NCBI GenBank assembly: GCA_964536515.1 | Contig: CAZHXI010000003.1 | Location: 9,112 to 73,111, forward strand | Direction: 5' to 3' | Length of the DNA: 64,000 nucleotides | Source: an uncultured Gammaproteobacteria bacterium | GTDB lineage: Bacteria > Patescibacteriota > Patescibacteriia > CAYZDG01 | Shown here: in pieces, positions 27,698 to 39,627 of the stretch | How positions within the stretch are numbered: position 1 is the first letter of the stretch | Layout: the number at the start of each line of letters is the position of its first letter | Position numbers and translations under genes: made by a program | The notes under the pieces: model-generated | Database searches by the model: none | Told to the model about the DNA's origin: nothing | Seen by the model: only the letters and a program-made list of their open reading frames with translations

Positions 27698-28819
27698 TTA
27701 CTCTACCAGACGGTAGCGTCCGCCGGGAAGCTTGGCGAACCGCTTGCGGTTCATCAGCGCCAGGGCAACGGTGGAAGACTTCACCACCCGCTGCTTCAGC
27801 ACGCGCTCCACAATCTCGTCCTTGGTAAGGGGCTCGGCTGCATCGCGGAGCACCCGCTCGATTACGTCGGCGACCACGCCGGGCTGGTAGCCCCACTCGC
27901 GCAGTGCGTAGGTGCCGCGGCCGACCAGCACGTACTTGGAGTCGAGGATCAGCTCGTTGTGCACCGTGGCCGGGTAGGCGGTCTTGTGGTCGAAGCCCGT
28001 CTCGTTGATAGCCTTGGCGATGTCGGTGAAGTGCATGGGCTTGCCGTACTTCTTGAGCACCAGGTAGATCTTGTCGCTCATGCGGCGCGGGTTGACCGTC
28101 TTCCAGTCCGCCAGGCCCCACTCGCCGTACGGGTTCACCCGCAGCTTGTTGCTGGCGCGCATGTACGACTCGACCGCGTCATCGGTGAGGGAGTCGCTGT
28201 TCTCGCTGTAGTGCGGGTGGGCCTTAACGGCAGCCAGGACGTCATCCATAGGCTTCGGCTCGCCCAGCTTGTCGATGACGGTGTGGAGCGACAGCAGCGT
28301 CTTCTCGATGAACTCCCACGGGGTGGCTGCGAGGCGCCAGGAGGGGTGCAGCTCGTCGCGATACTTCAGCCGCTCGACCTCGTCCACCAGCTTATCGATG
28401 AGCATGAGGGCGGCTGCGCGCTGCTCGCGGACCGAAGACTGCTGGCCGAGCACGCGGTCCAGGCCCATGTCCTCGGGAATGAGGCCGCCGTGCTGCTCGA
28501 GCACGCGGCGAGACACGGCGCCCAGCGGGGCGACCAGGCCCTCGCGCTCGTCAGCCTGGCGCAGCTTGCGCAGAGCCGAAGCCTCGATCTGGCGGACACG
28601 CTCACGGGTAATCTTGTACTGCTGGCCAATGGCCTCCAGCGTCTGCGGCTCCGGGTTCTTGCCCAAGCCGAAGCGTAGGTGAATCACCTCACGCTCGCGT
28701 GCGCTCAGCCCCTGGCCAAGCTTGATGATGATCTCGTACGGATTCAGGTCCTTAGCTAGCGACTCGTGCTGGCTAGAGAGCACCCGATCGAGGATGGAAT
28801 TTTCCTTGCTGTCGGCCAT
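27698..28819 (-). CDS. Sigma-70 region-4-like domain fused to three HARE-HTH-like repeats (about 373 aa from ATG 28819; track ORF TTG at 28867)
   Basis: N-terminal [51 protein letters not shown] matches the sigma70 region 4 consensus. Three repeats starting (K/E)P(M/L) and ending ...[11 protein letters not shown] / ...[10 protein letters not shown] / ...GGRYRLVE resemble the HARE-HTH of RNAP delta subunit. Confidence 0.7.
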   Translation of the reverse strand: MADSKENSILDRVLSSQHESLAKDLNPYEIIIKLGQGLSAREREVIHLRFGLGKNPEPQTLEAIGQQYKITRERVRQIEASALRKLRQADEREGLVAPLGAVSRRVLEQHGGLIPEDMGLDRVLGQQSSVREQRAAALMLIDKLVDEVERLKYRDELHPSWRLAATPWEFIEKTLLSLHTVIDKLGEPKPMDDVLAAVKAHPHYSENSDSLTDDAVESYMRASNKLRVNPYGEWGLADWKTVNPRRMSDKIYLVLKKYGKPMHFTDIAKAINETGFDHKTAYPATVHNELILDSKYVLVGRGTYALREWGYQPGVVADVIERVLRDAAEPLTKDEIVERVLKQRVVKSSTVALALMNRKRFAKLPGGRYRLVE

Positions 28820-28927
28820 ATATTTATTGCTATTGCGCACAGTACCACAGTATGTTTTAAGCGTCAAGCAAGCCTGTGCACAGGCAGCCCCGGCGGTAGC
28901 CGGGGCTAGCAGAACCGCTGCAGTCCC

Positions 28928-29827
28928 CTACCGGGGCTTTAGGTACCTACGGCTAGCCCACAGCAGCACGGGGCTGGCCACGAAAATCGACGAGTAGCTT
29001 CCCACGATAATGCCTACGCTCATGACGAATGCTAGGGGCCGAACGCTGGCGCCGCCGAACAGCATGATGGCGACGGCAACGAACAGCGTGGTGAGCGAGG
29101 TGTTCAGCGAACGGACGATGGTCTGGTTGATGCTGGTATTCACCACATCCTCGAAGGTTCCGGGGGTATGGTGCCTCAGGTTCTCACGCAGCCGGTCGAA
29201 GGTAACAATGGTGTCGTGCACCGAGAAACCCAGCAGCGTGAGCAGCGCGGTTACGAGCAAGCTGTCTGCCTGCCAGCCTGTGTAGTGCGCCACGAAGGCG
29301 AAGGCGCCCAGGCTGATCGTAACGTCGTGGATGAGGGCGACCGCTGCGGCCAGTCCGTACTGGAAGGCCGGCACCGGCTTGGTGATGCCGCGGAAGACGT
29401 ACGTTAGGTAGAAGATGATCGCCAGGATGACGCCCAGGATAGCCCAAACTGCTTTACGCTGGAGCTCGGCGCCGATAGTCGGACCCACGGAGTCGAACCG
29501 GAGCTCGTCTACCGACTCGGGGGCGTCGCCCCTCAGCGCGGCCAGGGCGGCCTGGTGGGTAGCCTCATCCATGGTGGCAGCCCGCAGCAGGTAGCGGTCG
29601 CTGTCGCTGGGCTGAATGCTGAGGTTCACCAACTCGACGGGCTCCAGGCTCCTACGAACGGCCTCGATGTCGGGACGCTCGACGGTGTAGCGGACCTCCA
29701 GCAGGCTGCCGCCGGTGAAGTCTAGACCCAGGCTCAGGCCCCGGGTGAGCAGCACCACTACGCTGGCAGCCACCAGCACGCAGCTGATGCCTACCCACCA
29801 CTTCCTGGTCTGAATGATGCGGTACAT
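28928..29827 (-). CDS. secF: Protein translocase subunit SecF
   Basis: Six-TM SecF layout; LDFTGGSLLEV periplasmic start. Confidence 0.9.
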   Translation of the reverse strand: MYRIIQTRKWWVGISCVLVAASVVVLLTRGLSLGLDFTGGSLLEVRYTVERPDIEAVRRSLEPVELVNLSIQPSDSDRYLLRAATMDEATHQAALAALRGDAPESVDELRFDSVGPTIGAELQRKAVWAILGVILAIIFYLTYVFRGITKPVPAFQYGLAAAVALIHDVTISLGAFAFVAHYTGWQADSLLVTALLTLLGFSVHDTIVTFDRLRENLRHHTPGTFEDVVNTSINQTIVRSLNTSLTTLFVAVAIMLFGGASVRPLAFVMSVGIIVGSYSSIFVASPVLLWASRRYLKPR

Positions 29828-29830
29828 AGG

Positions 29831-31486
29831 CTAGCGTGGGGTAACAATCCACCGCGGCGGCTGCCACTTGCCGCTGAATACGACTCGCATGAGCGTACGG
29901 GTGAAGGTGATAGCTGTGAACATGCTGACGACGATGCCAATGGCCAGGGTAATGGCGAAGCCCTTTACGATGCCGGTGCCGAACCAGGCCAGAATGACGC
30001 AGGTGATGAGCGAGCTGACGTTGGAGTCACGAATGGCCAGCCAGGCGCGGCTGAAGCTGTCCTCTACCGCCAGGGCCATGGGCTTGCCGGCGCGCAGCTC
30101 CTCCCGTAGGCGCTCGAAGATGAGCACGTTGGCGTCCACCGCCATGCCGATTGAGAGGATGAACCCGGCGATGCCGGCCAGGGTCAACGTTACCGGCCAG
30201 ACCTCGAACACAGCCATCGAAACTACGGCGTAGGCTAGCAGCGCCACCACGGCCATGAGGCCGGGCAGGCGGTAGTACAGCAGCATGAACAGGGCTACGG
30301 CGAGCAGGCCGAGCAAGCCGGCGATTAGGCTCTGCTGCACCGAGACCTTGCCCAGCGTGGGGCCGACGGTCTGCTGGCTGATGAGGTTGATGGGGACCGG
30401 CAGCGCACCGGCGTTCAGCCGCTGAGCCAGCAGCTTGGCATCCTTAAGGCTGAAGTCTCCGGTAATAATGGCACGGCCCTCGGTAATAGCCGTCTGCACC
30501 GTGGGCACGCTAATGGCCTGCCCGTCTAGGAAGATGGCAATAGGCTTGCCGATGTTCGCCTGGGTCAGCTCGGCGAACAGCTGCCTGCCCTGGTCGTCGA
30601 AGGTCAGGGCGACGTGCGGCTGGCCGGTGTTCTGGTCGAACTCCACCTGCGAGCGCTTCAGGTTCTTGCCGGTCAGCTGGGTGTTCCTCCACTCGCCCTC
30701 GCCCGCTGCGGCAGCCTTGAACAGGATGTGGGACGATCGAACCTCGCGGCTGAAGGCATCGCCGCGTACGTCGGTAACCTTGATGATGTGGTAGCCGAAC
30801 TGGCTGCGCACCAGCTGCGGCAGCACGGCGCCGGGCTTCAGGCCGGGCGCGAGAATAGCATCCTTGTACTCGGGCACGAAGCTGGTTTCGGAGCTTGCCC
30901 AGCCGACGTCGCCGCCCTGCACCTTGCTGCCCTCGTCCTCGCTGAACTCGGCAGCGAGCTTGGCGAAGTCCTCGCCCTTGGCTGCGCGGCCCAGCACCAG
31001 CAGCGCCCTATCCTGCACCGCTGAGTCTGCTGGGGCGGCCGATGCGGTGCCGGTAGCGACCTGCTCCTTGAACTCCAGCAGCGGCGTCTCGCCGATGAGC
31101 TTAATTGCCTGGCCTACGTCGCTTATGCCCGCCAGCTCTGCAATTACACGGTAGCTGTCGCCGTAGCGGCTGGTCTGGATGACCGGCTCGCTGACGCCGA
31201 AGGCGTTCACCCGGCGCTCGATGACGTCGCGGACGCCGTCCATGGCCTCGGTGCGCTCGGAGCTATCCAGCTGGCTGACGTCTGCCTCGTACACCAGGTG
31301 GGTTCCCCCCTGTAGGTCTAGCCCCAGGTGGGAGGTGAAGCTGTTCAGCTTCTTGGCGAACGGCAGGCTCTCGGGCACCCGCACGGGCAGGCTAATGGCC
31401 GAGGCAATAGCCAATACAGCAACCAGTGCCGCGAATGAGTACCACACCCGGTGGCGGGTAACGGTGCTGGTTGGTCGGTTCGCCAT
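29831..31486 (-). CDS. secD: Protein translocase subunit SecD carrying an inserted PpiC/parvulin-type PPIase-like domain in the periplasmic head (551 aa)
   Basis: SecD motifs (LGLDLQGGTHLVYEAD..., IAIFLDGQAISVPTVQTAITEGRAIITG, C-terminal 6 TM). The insert ...EDFAKLAAEFSEDEGSKVQGGDVGWASSETSFVPEYKDAIL...QFGYHIIKVTD matches the parvulin rotamase consensus. Confidence 0.85.
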   Translation of the reverse strand: MANRPTSTVTRHRVWYSFAALVAVLAIASAISLPVRVPESLPFAKKLNSFTSHLGLDLQGGTHLVYEADVSQLDSSERTEAMDGVRDVIERRVNAFGVSEPVIQTSRYGDSYRVIAELAGISDVGQAIKLIGETPLLEFKEQVATGTASAAPADSAVQDRALLVLGRAAKGEDFAKLAAEFSEDEGSKVQGGDVGWASSETSFVPEYKDAILAPGLKPGAVLPQLVRSQFGYHIIKVTDVRGDAFSREVRSSHILFKAAAAGEGEWRNTQLTGKNLKRSQVEFDQNTGQPHVALTFDDQGRQLFAELTQANIGKPIAIFLDGQAISVPTVQTAITEGRAIITGDFSLKDAKLLAQRLNAGALPVPINLISQQTVGPTLGKVSVQQSLIAGLLGLLAVALFMLLYYRLPGLMAVVALLAYAVVSMAVFEVWPVTLTLAGIAGFILSIGMAVDANVLIFERLREELRAGKPMALAVEDSFSRAWLAIRDSNVSSLITCVILAWFGTGIVKGFAITLAIGIVVSMFTAITFTRTLMRVVFSGKWQPPRWIVTPR

Positions 31487-31546
31487 AATTGAGCAGGTAT
31501 CGTACCCGCCGGCCGTAGGGTTGGCAAGCGTCTAAACTTGGGCAAT

Positions 31547-31978
31547 CTACCGACCCACGAGGGCTGCGTAGGCTGCCAGAGCATCACCAATCCCGCTCAT
31601 CAGGGTGAAGCCGCCTAGGTCCTTGGGGTCTGCCCACACGAACTCGTCGTGGTCCTGGCTCAGCACAACGTCACCGGATTCCGACGTGCACTCGAAGTAG
31701 ATGCCCACGATGTGGTGCGGCACCCCCTTGATGACCGGGTACCACTCGGTTACGTACACCGGCCGGCCGACCTCAACCTGCAGCCCGCACTCCTCCACTG
31801 CCTCGCGCTTGAGCTCGTCTACCAGCGGCTGCCCGGGAACGATGCGCCCGCCCGGCATGTCGTACTTGCCCACGTTAGTCCCCTCTTCGTACTTGCCGGA
31901 CTCACGGATGAGCAGAACTTTGCCGTCGCGCACGATGATTGCGCGGCAGGCCACGCGGAGCTGGATGTCGTCGGGCAT
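31547..31978 (-). CDS. NUDIX hydrolase (143 aa)
   Basis: Nudix box GGRIVPGQPLVDELKREAVEECGL. Confidence 0.85.
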   Translation of the reverse strand: MPDDIQLRVACRAIIVRDGKVLLIRESGKYEEGTNVGKYDMPGGRIVPGQPLVDELKREAVEECGLQVEVGRPVYVTEWYPVIKGVPHHIVGIYFECTSESGDVVLSQDHDEFVWADPKDLGGFTLMSGIGDALAAYAALVGR

Positions 31979-31979
31979 A

Positions 31980-32570
31980 CTATCGCTTTTTTGCTAGGAG
32001 CCAATCGGGCTCGGGGATGAAGGTGATCTCTGGCCAGTGGTCTATCTCCGCCTCGGTGAAGTCGTAGTGCATCTGGTACACCGTCTCTACGCTGCCGTGC
32101 ATTGCCTCGCTCCAGTCGAAACCGAGAGCCTGCGCCGCAGCCCGCACGGCCTCCTCGGAGGGACCCTCTAGCTCCACGAAGGTCGGTACCCAGGGCCACG
32201 TATCAATGGTTACCTCAACGTCACCCAGCTTCCACAGCTCACGCTTCGTCTCCTGGTACGCTCGGCTCTCTAGTCCTATGCCGCGGAAGATAGCGCAGGC
32301 CTGGTCGTAGCTATCCACCGTAACGGTTGCATCCAATGTCCCGTGCAAGCTGCGGTCGTTGAGCTGCTTGTAGCTCATGGTGATCTTGCTGCCCTCGTCG
32401 CGAACCCTAGCCCATCCGCCGATCTCCTCTAGCCGTTGATCTGGGAAGTCGAACACGTTGCGACGCATCATGATTTCCGGATGGACCAGAACTGCACCGA
32501 CCTCAGCCAGCTTGGCACGGACGGCGGTCGGATCAACGTTGGGAAATTTGGCCTCGATTTCGGTCTGCAT
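31980..32570 (-). CDS. CYTH-domain protein (triphosphate tunnel metalloenzyme; 196 aa)
   Basis: N-terminal EIEAKF (ExExK) motif and the length and acidic pattern typical of CYTH. Confidence 0.7.
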   Translation of the reverse strand: MQTEIEAKFPNVDPTAVRAKLAEVGAVLVHPEIMMRRNVFDFPDQRLEEIGGWARVRDEGSKITMSYKQLNDRSLHGTLDATVTVDSYDQACAIFRGIGLESRAYQETKRELWKLGDVEVTIDTWPWVPTFVELEGPSEEAVRAAAQALGFDWSEAMHGSVETVYQMHYDFTEAEIDHWPEITFIPEPDWLLAKKR

Positions 32571-32579
32571 TGCTGCATG

Positions 32580-32837
32580 CTACTCCCCCGCCTCGATACG
32601 CTCAAACCTAGGCACTGCGCGACCATCGACCTCTACAGATTCTAAAAACATAACGAGGGGACGGACCCACAGGCTGCCGTCCTTCTGCGCGCGATAGACC
32701 ACCAGCTCCTCCAGGGTCTCGCTGTGCCGGGCTACACCCAGCACCTCGTACATCCCGCCCTTGTAGTGGCGGTATTCCCCGGGTTGGAGATTTACAGCCT
32801 CGGGAGACGGTGGCGGTAGTTGATCCACGCTAATCAA
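32580..32837 (-). CDS. DUF1653-family small protein (85 aa; TTG start in track)
   Basis: YRHYKGGMYEVLGVARHSETLEELVVYR motif characteristic of DUF1653. Confidence 0.6.
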   Translation of the reverse strand: MISVDQLPPPSPEAVNLQPGEYRHYKGGMYEVLGVARHSETLEELVVYRAQKDGSLWVRPLVMFLESVEVDGRAVPRFERIEAGE

Positions 32838-33239
32838 TTAGACCCAAATTACCGTTGAGAATCACCGGCTTCACGGCCTCGATCTCCGTTCGGTAGTACG
32901 GGATATCGGGAACCGGGTTCAGAAGGAATATCTTCTGATCTAGTACGTGGGCGAACCCTATCTCCATCAGGGTATTGCCGCCGATGTAGTTCGGTACGCC
33001 GTTCTTCTCTACGTTGTAGACCAGGACCGCGTCCGCGCCCTGCATCGCTCGCCAGAACTCACGAATCGCATCGTGGTTATTCTTCTGGTCAATCTTGATA
33101 GCCTCTTTCTCCTCGTCTGTTTTGCCGACGAATGGCGCGGCGAGGCTGGTGACGAACGCATCGTGGCCGAGACGGACGAGCTCATCGCGAGCTTCAATCA
33201 TCCGCTCGGTAAACTGCATGCTACCGATGACGCCGATCT

Positions 33240-33243
<4 letters not shown>
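32830..33243 (-). CDS. Nucleoside 2-deoxyribosyltransferase-like protein (start MKIGVIGS at 33243; ATGA overlap with the HIT stop)
   Basis: MKIGVIGS Rossmann-like start and the ...ADAVLVYNVEKNG...GGNTLMEIGFAHVLDQKIFLL pattern of the NDT/YtoQ-like family. Confidence 0.55.
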
Positions 33244-36309
<3,066 letters not shown>

Positions 36310-36436
36310 AGTTGCTGGTGAACCGTACAATGCGCCGCCTCTTCCGGCAACCCTAATCTTGACTTTATCTAGATAGTATTATAGAACTGTCGCGAATAGC
36401 ACCGTAACAATCGACACCTACCAGAAGGAGCTTCCA

Positions 36437-36727
36437 ATGTCTGAAGGCCAAGGCCAAATATTCATCCTCCACTATACGGGAGGAAATGGGGACGCGAAGA
36501 ACGACTACCACTTCATCGGCTCGAGCCGAGAAGCAATCACCGCCGACGCTCTGCAGTTCGTCAAGAAGCCGTCGAAGTTCATCGGCGAGATTACGCTGGA
36601 GAGGGCGCGGGAGCTGAACCTGGAGTTCCTGGAATCTGGGCTCGAATCCGTTCGCGCCGGCAACAAGAGCTACCTGCTCGGCCTGCCCAACGGCAAGCAG
36701 GTCCGCGGCCAACTAGCCCAAGCATAG
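36437..36727 (+). CDS. Hypothetical small protein (96 aa) with strong Shine-Dalgarno (GAAGGAG)
   Basis: RBS 8 nt upstream of the ATG. Lower-GC codon usage; divergent from secA. Confidence 0.6.
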   Translation: MSEGQGQIFILHYTGGNGDAKNDYHFIGSSREAITADALQFVKKPSKFIGEITLERARELNLEFLESGLESVRAGNKSYLLGLPNGKQVRGQLAQA

Positions 36728-36788
36728 GGCGAAATAATCCAACGAAGCAGAGGGCGTCCACACCGGGCGCTCTCTTTTCTATGCCACG

Positions 36789-37106
36789 CTACTCGCTGCG
36801 ACGCCTGGGCGTGGCCTTCGCCTTCTTGGTCGCCAGCTGCCGAGCCAGCTTCTCGATTACCTCGTTCGCCGCGCCGATGATGGTGGCGGCGCTGGCTACG
36901 CCACGGATGCTGGGGCCGGTAACTGGCGTTAGGTTAATCTCCAGCCGGTACACCTCGCCCCGCTTGTGGTGCCTATCCTTGCTTATATCCACCTGCGCCT
37001 TATCTAGCGACCGCGAGATGCGACGCAGCGCCAGCAGCTTACGCTCAACCGCCGCGTGCGCCGCCGCCGGCAGGGGGATGTTAGAGAGGTAGAACTGGAT
37101 GTTCAT
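36789..37106 (-). CDS. hpf: Ribosome hibernation promoting factor / RaiA (S30AE family; start MNIQFY at 37106; track ORF to 37154)
   Basis: ...KRGEVYRLEINLTPVTGPSIRGVASAATIIGAANEVIEKL... typical HPF fold. Confidence 0.85.
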   Translation of the reverse strand: MNIQFYLSNIPLPAAAHAAVERKLLALRRISRSLDKAQVDISKDRHHKRGEVYRLEINLTPVTGPSIRGVASAATIIGAANEVIEKLARQLATKKAKATPRRRSE

Positions 37107-37231
37107 AGCGTTGGTTTGGTTAGTACCTTGAGCATACAGCAATTCATGGATCAACGGGCAGCTGTGGATTCATAGCCCAGCACGTCTGCTATATTGATAA
37201 ACTATCTCCGTAATAATCCACAGGCCGATGC

Positions 37232-37795
37232 ATGGTAGTCGCGGCCGTAAGTGCGTTCGATATGCGCATTTCGGTTTACGCCCCAACCCTGCTGCAGACC
37301 TGCGCCGCCAGCCTTAGGACAATTGGCGCCGAGCCAGTGTCGGCGGTAGCCGAACGGACCGCTAGCCTGCCGACCGGCGTGTGCGGAGTAATTGTTGAAG
37401 CTAGCCATTCCGATGCTGCGGCTGGCTTCGTGCTGGCCGTAGCGGTGCAGAAGCAGCTGCCCACGCTGTGCCTGGTACCCAAGGGCGTGCCGTTGCCGGA
37501 GCCGCTGGCCAGCGTCCGAGCCGACCCAATGTGCAACCGTAACCTACGGCTCGTCCGCTATGAACCCGGACAGCTACGCCGCATAGTCGAGCAGTTCGCC
37601 GCCACATGCACCGGGCGTGGCCCCGAGCAGCCGACAATCAAATTTACCCTGCGGCTGACCCCCAGCCAGGAGAGGTACCTGGCGTGGCGATCCTCCAATG
37701 ACAGGTTAGAGAAAGCGCAGGTGCTGAGGCAGGTCATCGAGAAGCTGGTCGCCGACGACCCGAGCTACATAGGCTTCCTTGACAAAAATGCATAA
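37232..37795 (+). CDS. Hypothetical protein (187 aa), possible C-terminal ribbon-helix-helix-like segment
   Basis: Long ORF divergent from hpf; no Shine-Dalgarno. C-terminal KFTLRLTPSQERYLAW is RHH-like (weak). Confidence 0.35.
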   Translation: MVVAAVSAFDMRISVYAPTLLQTCAASLRTIGAEPVSAVAERTASLPTGVCGVIVEASHSDAAAGFVLAVAVQKQLPTLCLVPKGVPLPEPLASVRADPMCNRNLRLVRYEPGQLRRIVEQFAATCTGRGPEQPTIKFTLRLTPSQERYLAWRSSNDRLEKAQVLRQVIEKLVADDPSYIGFLDKNA

Positions 37796-37932
37796 TTAGT
37801 GGTAATAGTAGTTCATTAGCGACCATTGACAAAAGCCTTAATTTACTTGCTTTCTCCCCTACTCCCCACGGTCGGGGCGAGCGGAAGTAAATTAAGGGCA
37901 AAAGTCACACGAAAAAATAGAAGGAGACAGAG

Positions 37933-39039
37933 ATGTCTAGTAATGGAAATGGGAACGGAAACGGCTCGAGCTGCCTGGTACCCAGCGTGCTGGTGCGCCC
38001 GAGCGAGGGCACGAGCAAGACGATCGTGAAGCTGGGAAGCATCCCGGCCGACGCAGGATCACTGAACGTCCGCATCGAAGAGGAACTGAAGGGCATTCGC
38101 CTGGTTCCAGTTGAAATCGGTTCGGACGCGGCCGATTGGCCGTTCGTGGTACGCGGTCCGGTCGTTGACGCTTCGGCAGATCGCCCGCACCAGGTATTCA
38201 TCTGCATCGAGATCGATGCAGCATACGAGTATGTAGACCTCTACATTACGGTCGTGGGTGACGACTCCCAGGCCAATGGAGAGCTGTTCCGCATCCCGAT
38301 AGTCGTCGTAGACGAGAGCAACGATGCGGCTAAGGCACAGCAGCCTATGACGCAGCTGCAGCTCGGAGCCATGGCGACCACGGCGATGGCGAACTGGCGC
38401 CTGCTGCAGCAACGGCAGGCGGCGCAAGCTGCAGAAGCGGCAGACCACGTAATTCAGACCACCGACGAGCCGATAGTCGAAGCGCTCGTTCTCAGCGAGA
38501 CGGCGCGCGAACCGGGATCTACCGACCCGGTGGCCGGTGGAGCAACAACGGCAGGCGGCACCCAGCCGACCGACGCGCCGACTACGATTGCAACGCAGCC
38601 CACGGCTGCAGCGACTCCGACAGCCGTCCAAACGGCAGCGTCAAGCGATGGTCGGACGACCGTACACATTGTGGCGAGCGGTACAGAGCAGGTCCTCGTA
38701 GGACCGATCAGCATCACGCCCGTCGTATCTGGCGCAGCTAGCTGTGCGCCCCAAGGCCCGACCGCAGCCGCAACAACGGGAGATCCGGATGCCCCAGTGG
38801 GGGCTTCACAGCTGCGGTGGGTAACCCTCGCCATGGCGGGCACGCTATTCCTAATTAGCTTCTTCGCCGCTGCTGAGAAGACGCCCGAGTGGATTCGCAT
38901 GGTTCCGAGCCTGCTCGGAGCTGGCATGTTCGGATTCCTCACGCTATGGCTGGGCGGCGCAAGACGCAACAACATCTGGCTGGCACTGGCCGCACTGTTT
39001 GCGGTTGCGACGTTAATCAGCGCAGGCTTGGGAGGCTAG
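37933..39039 (+). CDS. Hypothetical membrane-anchored protein (368 aa): N-terminal (NG)4 repeat, beta-rich domain, Thr/Ala/Pro-rich linker, two C-terminal TM helices
   Basis: AGGAGA RBS 6 nt upstream of the ATG; first gene of a three-gene plus-strand operon. Confidence 0.7.
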   Translation: MSSNGNGNGNGSSCLVPSVLVRPSEGTSKTIVKLGSIPADAGSLNVRIEEELKGIRLVPVEIGSDAADWPFVVRGPVVDASADRPHQVFICIEIDAAYEYVDLYITVVGDDSQANGELFRIPIVVVDESNDAAKAQQPMTQLQLGAMATTAMANWRLLQQRQAAQAAEAADHVIQTTDEPIVEALVLSETAREPGSTDPVAGGATTAGGTQPTDAPTTIATQPTAAATPTAVQTAASSDGRTTVHIVASGTEQVLVGPISITPVVSGAASCAPQGPTAAATTGDPDAPVGASQLRWVTLAMAGTLFLISFFAAAEKTPEWIRMVPSLLGAGMFGFLTLWLGGARRNNIWLALAALFAVATLISAGLGG

Positions 39040-39040
39040 C

Positions 39041-39625
39041 ATGGCAGACGCAAGAACCGGCTCGGTATTCACCGACGCCATTACCGACCTGCTGCTGCCT
39101 GCCCTCGGCATCCGTCTCTTCATGAAACGGAGCGAGGGTGGGCACAGCGATCCGACCGCGAGCAGCCAAGACGAATTCGCCCTACTGCACGCGCTCGAGA
39201 CGCTGGAGGGCGAGGACGCGAAGATGAAGGAGTTCATCCTCGGGTACCTAAGGTACCTCAAGTCTGAGAACAAGTCTCGCATAATTCCCCGACTCCGCGA
39301 GACCATAGCCCGGGCCGGGGGAAAAGATGGAGCGAAAGCTGAAGAGGTACAGAAGCTACTGGTCTCCATCTTTAAGGAAGAATTCGCGAAACTGGCTGAT
39401 GCCGCTGGGAACCAAAACACCACGGCAGCATACAGAAAGATCAGCGATGATTTGGACATAATTCTTACGCAGAGGCTGATGGCAACGCTGAGGGATCGGT
39501 GGGGTCAGTTTGCCGACTTCTTTGCCGACCTCGAGCAGCAGCACGTTGAGGCTGCAGATGATCTGGATGAGTTCTTCAGGAGCAGACGCGAGCGGAGACG
39601 TAACAGAAACCAAGGAAGGAGCTGA
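39041..39625 (+). CDS. Hypothetical acidic cytoplasmic protein (194 aa)
   Basis: GGGAGG RBS; start 1 nt after the upstream stop, so translationally coupled. Confidence 0.7.
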   Translation: MADARTGSVFTDAITDLLLPALGIRLFMKRSEGGHSDPTASSQDEFALLHALETLEGEDAKMKEFILGYLRYLKSENKSRIIPRLRETIARAGGKDGAKAEEVQKLLVSIFKEEFAKLADAAGNQNTTAAYRKISDDLDIILTQRLMATLRDRWGQFADFFADLEQQHVEAADDLDEFFRSRRERRRNRNQGRS

Positions 39626-39627
39626 AA

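Noticed and set aside
36357-36390. Possible sigma70 promoter (TTGACT ... TATTAT/TATAGA) for the 36437 gene.
   Set aside because: The hexamer spacing (12-16 nt) does not fit cleanly, so it is left as unassigned AT-rich promoter-region sequence.
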